In this document: positions 16,795 to 24,598 of the stretch, one piece after another
Layout: every line of letters starts with the position of its first letter
Position numbering within the stretch: the stretch's first letter is position 1
Assembly (NCBI GenBank): GCA_038128265.1
Contig: JAYPJE010000035.1
Span: 1 to 43,544, forward strand
DNA: 43,544 bases
Reading direction: 5' to 3'
Source: Gemmatimonadota bacterium
Lineage (GTDB): Bacteria > Latescibacterota > UBA2968 > UBA8231
Made by a program: the position numbers and the translations under genes
The notes under the pieces: model-generated
What the model saw: the letters and a program-made list of their open reading frames with translations, nothing else
The model's database searches: none
What the model was told of the DNA's origin: nothing

Positions 16795-19700
16795 ATGAGT
16801 TTAGCACTTCTCGTCGGGTTGATTACGGCAGCGGGCGCCGTGCTTTCGTTTCGCGCACCAACGGAACAGGAGCTGATTGCCTCTTTCACAGAGGCGCAGC
16901 GCTTTTACGCGGAAGGTGCGTACGATCAGGCCATAGATCGCTATCGCGAAGTGTCCGTCGTGCGGAGTCGCGTTCTGGATGCAGAAACCATACAGGTCGT
17001 GGTCGGCGAAGATCACTATCCCGTTCAAGAGGCCGCCCTTTACCAAATGGGCAATGCCTACAACAAGCGATTTTCAGACTACCGCAGCTTCTCGCAAAAT
17101 GACCTGAGCCGAAGCAGCGAGTACCTGCAGCTCGCCGACAGCTCGTATGTGCAGTCCGTCGACTCTTTTGAAAAGGTTATTCGCTCTGCCTCGAGCAAAG
17201 AGCTGAAAGGGCTGGCACACGGCCGGCTTATCGAAACGCATTTCGAAGCAAAGAAATACGAAGACGTCGTTAGTGCGTCGCAGCGTTTAATCGACGAGTA
17301 CGGCGCTGACGACTATGCTCTGCCCGGCTTCTACAACTTGGGTTGGGCCCACTACGAAATGGGCGATTACAACGCCTCAATAGAGGCATTTGTCGACTTG
17401 GTTGAAAACTACCCCAACGGCTATCGCACGGATCGCAGCCTGTTCCAAATAGGCGAGTGCTATTTGGCCATGGACGACTGCGGTTCGGCCGTAGAGTACT
17501 ATCAGCGCCTCGTCCAGCGACAGCGCATAGACGAGCTGTCAGAGGACCAGCTGGCTGCCATGCAGCGCGAGAAGCTGGCCGGCCTAGTAGACGAGACGGC
17601 GTTAGAGCTAGCGGCAAAAGCCGAGATTCGCACGGCTACATGCTATGGCAAGATCGGCGAGTACGAAGCGGGCGTGGCGTCATTCCGCAGGGTCATAAAG
17701 AGCTTTGCAAGTGAGCGGACGCTCGTCGAGGAGGCCTACCTGCGCCTGGCCGATATGTACGAGCAGCGCGGCGATCTAGACGAGTCGGTGCGCACCTACC
17801 GCGAGGCAATTGATATTTCCTCAGATCGCTCTCTGCGGGCGCGCATCCAATTTGCGCTGGCGGAGAAGCTCTTTTCTCAAAAGCAGTACGAAGCCGCTCT
17901 GTCAGAGTTTCGGGTGTTTATACAGGGTTACGGCGACATGGCTAGCAGTGTGGGGTTTCCCCTCGACCGAGTGCACTACCGAATGGGTAATAGCTATCAG
18001 CAGCAGGCCCAGTTGCGCATGGAGGAGGGCGACAGGGCGGCGGCGGAGCCATTTCTAATGCGGGCAGTCGCCTATTACGACACCATTCTACAGGAACAGA
18101 ACACGCCCTATAAGTGGGAGTCGCTGTTTAACAAGGCGTATGCCCTGCAGACGGTGGGCGGAGCCGACAACGAGCGTTCCGCCGAGCGGGCTTACCGGTC
18201 TCTAATAGACGAAGCCGGTGAGTCCTATGCCCAGAGGGCGCTCTTGCAGCTTTCGGAGCTGAGCTTCCAGCGCGGCGAGTACCGCCTCTCAGACTCTCTG
18301 GCCAACCAGGTTCTCGTCCTCTTCCCCGATGCGGCGGGGTTGGACGATGCGTATATGCGGCGGGCACTTGCACTGCAGAGTATGGGCCAACACGAGGATT
18401 CCATTGGCGAATTTCTACGCGTAGGCAGCGATTCGCGACACTATACGAGCTCTCGCCTGGGCGCGGGCCACCAGCTGCTGGAACAGAGCCAGTACGAGCA
18501 GGCTCTGGCGATTCTGACAGAAGGCATGAGCGGCGCGGATGCCCAACAGGGATATAGCTTCCTTTACCTGATTGGACAGGCCCATTCGGCAATGGGCCAT
18601 TGGACGCAAGCCATACAGGCCTATGGCGAGCTGATTGAGTCCGATCCGGAGAGTGAGCTCTTGGTTGCATCTCGCTTGGCTAGGGGCAATGCCGCCCTTT
18701 CAGATGATCGCTTGGCGCTGGCCGAAAGCGACCTGAGCTGGGTTGTCGACAACGTGACGGACCTAGAGAAAATTCGCTATGCGCGCGAAACGCTCATTTT
18801 GCTTCTCCTCAAAGAAAACCGCTCGACCGATGCCGTCGAGCTGCTGGAGAGCATGTCGAACAACGAGGCCAAGCCGCAGGAGCGAGCCGAGCTGCTGAGC
18901 CGCATTATGGACTCCTACTACGCCGAGGGGCGATGGGAGGAGACGGCCCAGATGGCCAGGCGCATTCTCGCCCTTGCGTTTGAAGACCAGCCCTCGGCGG
19001 AAAGGCCGTACGGCCTGCGGGAAAAGGCGCTGTTTATACTTGGAGAAATTTTAGTTCGCACGTCTGATAGCACCGAAGGCGTCAGCACATTGCAGCAGTA
19101 CGTGGAGCAGTTTCCATCGGGTCGCTTTGCCGTGAACGCCAAGCTCAGCCTGGCAACCATTGCCTTTTCACAAGGAGACTTGGAGGCGGCAAAGAGCCAG
19201 CTGACAGAGGTTCAGAGCGAAGAGCTGACGTCTGAGCAGCGCTTTCTCGTGACCTACTATCTGGCGAATACGCACTATAGCTTGCGCGAGTTTACAGCGG
19301 CCCACGCGCTGTTCGAGCAGATGGTTGCCGATCACCCCGACCACGACTCGGCCGACGCGCTGTACTTTGGGCTGGGCGAGTCAAACTATCAGCTCGGTCG
19401 TTTTCAGGAAGCGATCGATGCGTACGGCGTGCTGCTGACGACGTATCGCGATAGCGACAACGCCGATGATGCCCTCTACAATATGGCGTGGTGTCTGATT
19501 GAGTTGGAACGCCAAGAAGAGGCGATGGAACGGTTTGGCCTATTGCTGGAGCGCTATCCCGACAGCGAGTTTGCACCGTCCGCCCAGTTTACCTTTGGCG
19601 ACTATGCCTACAACGCCGGGCAGTACAAGCAGGCGCTCGAAGCCTACTCAATTGTGGAAGAGCGCTACCGGCGCTCGACCGTTGCCCAACAGGTGCCCAA

Positions 19701-20031
19701 GTTAAAGAAAGAGCTCACGGAAGCCATTGCCTACGAAGCCTATGAAAAGGGGCTAGCGCTTATGGACTCGGCCGAAGTGGGCAACCGGTTGGAATTTTAC
19801 GAAGAAGCCATTGATGTATTTGAAGAAATTATAGAAGAGTACGACGGCACAGAGAGCGCCTTGGGTGCCCTCAGCAATATGGGAGTGTGCTTGGAGGGCA
19901 TCGGCAAGTGGAACGATGCCGTTCGCGTCTACGACCAGGTTATTGAACTGTACGAGGCAGAGAAGGCAACGCGCGATGCGTATCAGTTTGCCCGATCTCA
20001 TCGCGATTGGATCATGGCCTCACGGCTCTGA
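16795..20031 (+). CDS. Large tetratricopeptide-repeat (TPR) protein with N-terminal signal/anchor (BamD/YbgF-like repeats)
   Basis: Hydrophobic N-terminus followed by many TPRs of the 'ALYxxG..Y..A...F..LxxxYP.S' type (ALYQMGNAY, GFYNLGWAHY, SLFQIGECY, ALYFGLGESNY, ALYNMAWCL, AQFTFGDYAY, ALSNMGVCL). Confidence 0.9.
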   Translation: MSLALLVGLITAAGAVLSFRAPTEQELIASFTEAQRFYAEGAYDQAIDRYREVSVVRSRVLDAETIQVVVGEDHYPVQEAALYQMGNAYNKRFSDYRSFSQNDLSRSSEYLQLADSSYVQSVDSFEKVIRSASSKELKGLAHGRLIETHFEAKKYEDVVSASQRLIDEYGADDYALPGFYNLGWAHYEMGDYNASIEAFVDLVENYPNGYRTDRSLFQIGECYLAMDDCGSAVEYYQRLVQRQRIDELSEDQLAAMQREKLAGLVDETALELAAKAEIRTATCYGKIGEYEAGVASFRRVIKSFASERTLVEEAYLRLADMYEQRGDLDESVRTYREAIDISSDRSLRARIQFALAEKLFSQKQYEAALSEFRVFIQGYGDMASSVGFPLDRVHYRMGNSYQQQAQLRMEEGDRAAAEPFLMRAVAYYDTILQEQNTPYKWESLFNKAYALQTVGGADNERSAERAYRSLIDEAGESYAQRALLQLSELSFQRGEYRLSDSLANQVLVLFPDAAGLDDAYMRRALALQSMGQHEDSIGEFLRVGSDSRHYTSSRLGAGHQLLEQSQYEQALAILTEGMSGADAQQGYSFLYLIGQAHSAMGHWTQAIQAYGELIESDPESELLVASRLARGNAALSDDRLALAESDLSWVVDNVTDLEKIRYARETLILLLLKENRSTDAVELLESMSNNEAKPQERAELLSRIMDSYYAEGRWEETAQMARRILALAFEDQPSAERPYGLREKALFILGEILVRTSDSTEGVSTLQQYVEQFPSGRFAVNAKLSLATIAFSQGDLEAAKSQLTEVQSEELTSEQRFLVTYYLANTHYSLREFTAAHALFEQMVADHPDHDSADALYFGLGESNYQLGRFQEAIDAYGVLLTTYRDSDNADDALYNMAWCLIELERQEEAMERFGLLLERYPDSEFAPSAQFTFGDYAYNAGQYKQALEAYSIVEERYRRSTVAQQVPKLKKELTEAIAYEAYEKGLALMDSAEVGNRLEFYEEAIDVFEEIIEEYDGTESALGALSNMGVCLEGIGKWNDAVRVYDQVIELYEAEKATRDAYQFARSHRDWIMASRL

Positions 20032-20048
20032 TAGAAAAGTGTGCATAG

Positions 20049-21275
20049 ATGAACACGCGCTTTAGTTCGCCCAGCGACTCAATAAGTCTCAAACACCTAC
20101 TTCGGGATACGTCTCGCTATACCGTTTGGGGATTGCTGTGTGCGCTGGCACTGGGAGGAGGACTGACGCTATACATGATTCTCTCCCAGGACAAGAAAGA
20201 GGCGCCGCCGCCGGCGATCACCCGGCTAATTATCCGCAAGCCGCGCTCTTCCAAAGCGTTTGTCCTGAAAAAACAGCGCATACAGCCGCGCGCGATGACA
20301 AAGAAAATGACGTCTCTGACGCCACGCGTGCAGATGCCCGCTGCGCAAAGCGTTGCCGGTATATCCTCGATTGGCAGAATCGCGACGTTCGACTACAACG
20401 TCAGCCCCGACGTAAAACTCGACCTGAACGCCGGCGATGTCGATTTGTCGGCCGCGGTTATAGCAGGGACTAAAGAGCCGGAAAAGCGCATAGCCATGCG
20501 CGAGGAGCTGATCGATCTAAAGGCGCTGGACACGGGTAAATACAAGGGGCTGATCATACAGGATCCATCCGATCGCCGCAGCGTAAAAGGCTTTATTTAT
20601 TTGGGTACGGCCTGGGCTAACGACCTCGAGCCGACCTTTGATAGCGCCGCTAAGGCCATTCCAAACCTGGTTGATGCGCTCAACAAACAGACGGGCATAT
20701 CGGCACAGGTTGACGCCCACCTGTTTATCGATTCACAGGAGCTATTTCGGACGCCGTTTGTCTACTTGACGGCGCAGGAGGCGTTCGAGTTGACCGAGCG
20801 CGAGATCGAAAATCTCGGTGAATACCTGCGTCGAGGGGGTTTTATTTTCGCCGACAATGCCAATCCTACTGCCGAGTATAGTCAAGCAGAAGCATCGTTG
20901 CGCAAGGTTTTTCGCGATGCGTTGAGGTCGCAGGGCGTGCTGCAAGTCATTCCCAACAACCACCCGATTTACCACACGTTCTACGATTTTGACGGGCCCC
21001 CTGTTGGCTCGGAGCTGGAAGTGCCCGACAGCGGCGGTCAGCGCGGGTTGGAAAACGTCGTAATAGCCCAGCAGTCCTATAACCTCGAAGGCGTGTTCTT
21101 GGGCGATCGATTGGTCGCTATTTACTGCGACAAAGGCTATGTGCACACGTGGGCGCGCAACTTTGGCAACGAACCCCAGCTGCGCTTTGGCATTAATGCT
21201 GTCGTCTTTGCCTTGACGCAGCAGGGCTCCATCGCCCAACAGCAAATCGATTTCTTCAGTCAACGAAGCGAATGA
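20049..21275 (+). CDS. Membrane-anchored DUF4159 domain protein with TonB-like N-terminal architecture
   Basis: Single TM (VWGLLCALALGGGLTLYMILS), Pro/Lys/Arg-rich linker, then the DUF4159 signature: LFRTPFVYLT...LTEREIENLGEYLRRGGFIFADN...IPNNHPIYHTFYDF...LEGVFLGDRLVAIYCDKGY...LRFGINAVVFALT. Confidence 0.8.
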   Translation: MNTRFSSPSDSISLKHLLRDTSRYTVWGLLCALALGGGLTLYMILSQDKKEAPPPAITRLIIRKPRSSKAFVLKKQRIQPRAMTKKMTSLTPRVQMPAAQSVAGISSIGRIATFDYNVSPDVKLDLNAGDVDLSAAVIAGTKEPEKRIAMREELIDLKALDTGKYKGLIIQDPSDRRSVKGFIYLGTAWANDLEPTFDSAAKAIPNLVDALNKQTGISAQVDAHLFIDSQELFRTPFVYLTAQEAFELTEREIENLGEYLRRGGFIFADNANPTAEYSQAEASLRKVFRDALRSQGVLQVIPNNHPIYHTFYDFDGPPVGSELEVPDSGGQRGLENVVIAQQSYNLEGVFLGDRLVAIYCDKGYVHTWARNFGNEPQLRFGINAVVFALTQQGSIAQQQIDFFSQRSE

Positions 21276-22063
21276 GAGAATTGGGTATGAAATACCTGTG
21301 CGTGTTATGCGTAGTATGGCTCAGCGGCTGTCAGAGCGTATTTAACCCATCCCTATCCATTTACCACAGCGAGTTGTACGCTGCAGAGGAGGGTCTCGAC
21401 ACGTCGTCCGAGCTCATACTGGCAGCCCGACAAAACGGCAGCTATACGTCGGAAGACGCTGCTTCCATAACGTTTGCCATGGAGGGACTGCGCATAAAGG
21501 TGGAGCCCTTGAGCGACGACCAGCTGAACGCGCTATTCCCACAGGATTCGGCAAAGGGGCGCTTTTCGACCAATCCCTATACGTATGGAGATTGGATCGA
21601 TCCGCTAAAGGGATATCGCCCCAAGCGGTTCACCGTGTTTCGCGTGACCGTCGTCAACGACATTTACGCGAAAGTGCTCTTGGATCCCATAAAGTCCTAC
21701 CTGCTGACGGATCAGGGAGAGAAGCTGTACGCCTTTGGCATTCCCGCATCCGCGCCCTACGAGAGTTTTGAGCAGTACTATCGCGGTCTGCGCGGACAAA
21801 GCGGCAATGAGTTCTATCGCTTCGACCTGCGCATGGGCAACGTGCGCAGCTCGGCCTACTTGGAAGACCAGCTCGTATTTAAAGGCGAGAGCTACAGCGG
21901 CCTGATTGCCTTTAGGCCGCTGCAGGACAAAGTAGAGTCCGTAGAGATGGTCTTGCGCGACTTCATATTCAAGTTCGATGCTTCGGGACAGCCACTTGAG
22001 TCGCTGGATGTGGCCCTGTCATTTGAGCACGCGGTCGAGCTGCTCCCAGCGGAAACGGACTAG
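21272..22063 (+). CDS. Hypothetical lipoprotein
   Basis: Lipobox VVWLSG-C after MKYLCVLC (alternative start 21287). ATGA overlap with the DUF4159 stop. Beta-rich C-terminal part (FTVFRVTVVN...SGLIAF). Confidence 0.75.
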   Translation: MRELGMKYLCVLCVVWLSGCQSVFNPSLSIYHSELYAAEEGLDTSSELILAARQNGSYTSEDAASITFAMEGLRIKVEPLSDDQLNALFPQDSAKGRFSTNPYTYGDWIDPLKGYRPKRFTVFRVTVVNDIYAKVLLDPIKSYLLTDQGEKLYAFGIPASAPYESFEQYYRGLRGQSGNEFYRFDLRMGNVRSSAYLEDQLVFKGESYSGLIAFRPLQDKVESVEMVLRDFIFKFDASGQPLESLDVALSFEHAVELLPAETD

Positions 22064-22064
22064 C

Positions 22065-22952
22065 GTGGCGGCATTTCTCTTTGCGAGCGTGCTGCTCTGC
22101 GCGTGGCCGAGCCTTGCCAGCTTGCCGCCCGTTCGCGTCGCTTTGCTGCCCTTTGATGACCAGGCTGGCTTTCAGGGCGCGTGGAAATTGGCCAGCGATG
22201 TTCCAAAGCTACTGGGGGATTATTTGCAGGACATACCGGGCATCGCCGTCGTGGCGTCGGAAACAAATACCCGCACGACGGGAGACCTGGCCGAGATGGC
22301 CAAGCAGTGGCAAGGGATCGCAGCGCAGCTCGATGTGGATGTGCTCATACGCGGCCGCGTAAGCAAGTTTGGCGTTCGCCGCACCGTGGCTGGCGACCCC
22401 AATACGTTTGGCTATAAATCGTATACGCACAGTGTTAAAATAGACGAGATTGAGCTGATCGATGGAAAGTCGGGTTCGATCCTGTCCACGTTGGACGTCA
22501 AGAAAGATTCGGTAGAACGCCCGATCGACTTTAGCCTATTCGGCAAGCCCAACGTGCAAGACCGGGAATTTCGAGAACTTCTGTCCGCAGAATTTGCGTC
22601 GGAAAAGTTCTTTGCCCTAACCTTTGGCCAGCACGTGCAGAGCGTGTTCGGAGAACTGAGCCAAGCGATCGCCGATTCGCTGCTCGGGCGAGCGCCTATC
22701 GCGCTGCGAGAGGATGCGAAAGTGCTAGCCGTTGACGGGGTAGAGATATATCTGAATATCGGCAACGGCGACTTGGTCAGGCGGGGAGATATTTTTTCCG
22801 TTCTGCACAATGGCCAGCACGTTGGTGCCGTGCAGATAGAGGAGATCATAGGTCAACACCTGTCAAAGGCTGCTGTCATTGACAACGAACGTCCAATACA
22901 GACGGGGTTGAGTTTGGGGGCGCGTTTAGTTCCAGGCGAGACGAAAAACTAA
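22065..22952 (+). CDS. Exported protein with CsgG/TolB-N-like alpha/beta domain and FlgT C-terminal-like domain
   Basis: GTG 22065 gives a signal peptide (MAAFLFASVLLCAWPSLA). VRVALLPFDD...LASDVPKLLGDYL...LDVDVLIRGRVSKF, then KVLAVDGVEIYLNIG..DLVRRGDIFSV...VGAVQIEEI...LSKA. Confidence 0.6.
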   Translation: MAAFLFASVLLCAWPSLASLPPVRVALLPFDDQAGFQGAWKLASDVPKLLGDYLQDIPGIAVVASETNTRTTGDLAEMAKQWQGIAAQLDVDVLIRGRVSKFGVRRTVAGDPNTFGYKSYTHSVKIDEIELIDGKSGSILSTLDVKKDSVERPIDFSLFGKPNVQDREFRELLSAEFASEKFFALTFGQHVQSVFGELSQAIADSLLGRAPIALREDAKVLAVDGVEIYLNIGNGDLVRRGDIFSVLHNGQHVGAVQIEEIIGQHLSKAAVIDNERPIQTGLSLGARLVPGETKN

Positions 22953-22998
22953 ATCGTGAGGGCGGCTGCTGTCCGCCCAAAGCAAGGAGTGAATCACT

Positions 22999-23733
22999 AT
23001 GTTGGAAATTATTCAAAGCGGTGGCCCACTGATGATACCCCTCATCGTTTGCGGCTTGCTATCTGTCTGCCTGTCCATAGAGCGATTCCTCGTTCTAAAT
23101 GCCTTGCCAAGCGCCGAACAGTCCAAGGAAGAACTGGAGCAGATTGAAGCGGCGCTGCTGCGCGAGGGACAGCAGTCGGCGGTGCAAATCTGCGAAAGCG
23201 GCAAGGGCGTACTCAACTTTGTCTTTGCCTCGCTGCTAAAGCGCTACAATACGCTCATAATCGAACAGGAAGAATTCAAGGCGACAAACGAAGAGATCAT
23301 CAAGCTGGGAGAAGGCGGCGGCAGCGGCGAAATGGGCCGGTTTCTGGTTATGCAAAAAGAGATTGCCGATATGAAGGACGAACTTGTCATACAAACGGAA
23401 GAGTCGGCGCGCACATACTTAGGCAAGCACTTACCCATTATCAATACCATCGGCAATATCGCGCCGCTCATCGGCCTGTTGGGCACGATAACCGGTATGA
23501 TCGTCGCTTTTGAATCGATTGCCGCTTCTGGCGCTGGAGACCCCAAAGTCGTTGCTGGCGGTATTTCTCAGGCGCTGGTTACTACGGCGACGGGCCTTAT
23601 CGTGGCGATTCCGTCCATTGTCTTTTATCGCTACTTGGCGCGAACGGCCGACCGTTCGCTAGAGCGCGTAGAGGCCTATGGCCACGCCTTTGCCAATGCG
23701 CTCATCATGTCGGGCCGAAAGGCGAGCGCGTAG
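22999..23733 (+). CDS. exbB: MotA/TolQ/ExbB proton channel family protein
   Basis: GGPLMIPLIVCGLLSVCLSIERF; TIGNIAPLIGLLGTITGMIVAFESI...VAGGISQALVTTATGLIVAIPS. RBS AAGGAG. Confidence 0.95.
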   Translation: MLEIIQSGGPLMIPLIVCGLLSVCLSIERFLVLNALPSAEQSKEELEQIEAALLREGQQSAVQICESGKGVLNFVFASLLKRYNTLIIEQEEFKATNEEIIKLGEGGGSGEMGRFLVMQKEIADMKDELVIQTEESARTYLGKHLPIINTIGNIAPLIGLLGTITGMIVAFESIAASGAGDPKVVAGGISQALVTTATGLIVAIPSIVFYRYLARTADRSLERVEAYGHAFANALIMSGRKASA

Positions 23734-23743
23734 GAGAATCGGT

Positions 23744-24157
23744 ATGGCCAGGCACCGCATCCGCAGAGCTCGCAGCTTTTCCGAAGACGGCGAGCCCGAT
23801 ATGACGCCCTTGATCGACTGCGTATTTCTGTTGCTCATCTTCTTTATGGTGACGACGGTCTTTCTGCAGACAAAAGGGCTTGAAGTCGATATGCCGGCAG
23901 ACAGTCAGGCCGAGGAAGAGAAGAAGAAAGATATTAATGTGGCCATTGATCAGTACGGCAAAATTCAGATTGGCGGACAGGACGTCGCCCGCGAGGCGCT
24001 GCAGGAAAAGCTCAAACAGGCGGTCGAAGAAGCAAATAACGACAACATCATTATCCAAGCCGATGGGGAATGCGTTCAGAAAGATGTCGTCTACGTGGTA
24101 GACAGTGCTCGGCAGGTGGGCATTGAGGGTATTGCCTTTGTTCAGGAAAAAGAGTGA
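23744..24157 (+). CDS. exbD: Biopolymer transporter ExbD/TolR, copy 1
   Basis: DMTPLIDCVFLLLIFFMVTTVF, IIIQAD, VVDSARQVGI. ATG 23744 with AGGAG RBS. Confidence 0.95.
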   Translation: MARHRIRRARSFSEDGEPDMTPLIDCVFLLLIFFMVTTVFLQTKGLEVDMPADSQAEEEKKKDINVAIDQYGKIQIGGQDVAREALQEKLKQAVEEANNDNIIIQADGECVQKDVVYVVDSARQVGIEGIAFVQEKE

Positions 24158-24166
24158 GGTCGCACC

Positions 24167-24598
24167 GTGGCAAAGAGAAGCTTGGCCGAAGAAGAACAAG
24201 GACTCAACCTAACTCCGCTGATCGACTGCGTGTTTTTGCTGCTCATATTCTTTATGGTAACAACGGTTTTTAAGCAGCCCTACACGCTGCAAGTGCAGCT
24301 GCCTGAAGCGACGAAGGCCAGCCAAATAGAAGAGAAAAAGCTGGTGGGGACGGTGACGATCGACGGGCGTGTAGAAATCAATAGAAATCTAGTTACTAGC
24401 GGAGAGCTCGAGTCCGTTTTGCTGCGTGAAAAGCAGGATACGGGCAGCTTAACGCTCATACTGAGAACCGATCAGCAGACGCGGCACAAGCACATGTTAG
24501 AAATGCTCGAAGTGGCTAAGCGGGTCGGCGTGGAAAAGATCGTGTTGGCGACGGATGACCAGCAGGTGGAAGTCGCAGCGGGAGTAACCGGCGACTAG
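24167..24598 (+). CDS. exbD: Biopolymer transporter ExbD/TolR, copy 2
   Basis: NLTPLIDCVFLLLIFFMVTTVF, VQLPEA, LILRTD, AKRVGVEKI. GTG start with GAGG RBS. Confidence 0.95.
   Translation: MAKRSLAEEEQGLNLTPLIDCVFLLLIFFMVTTVFKQPYTLQVQLPEATKASQIEEKKLVGTVTIDGRVEINRNLVTSGELESVLLREKQDTGSLTLILRTDQQTRHKHMLEMLEVAKRVGVEKIVLATDDQQVEVAAGVTGD

Noticed and set aside
22956..23147. 63-aa ORF between the FlgT-like gene and exbB
   Set aside because: Overlaps exbB out of frame, and exbB has its own strong RBS.
4021..24598. Flagellar gene cluster (FlgD-Ig, FlgT-like and MotA-family hits)
   Set aside because: The FlgD-Ig domains are terminal modules of Sec-exported proteins, the partners are ExbD-type without a MotB peptidoglycan-binding domain, and no rod, hook or export genes are present.
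20049..24598. Canonical Tol-Pal or TonB-ExbBD uptake locus
   Set aside because: No TolB propeller, Pal, TonB C-terminal domain or TBDR plug motif is recognisable in the operon.
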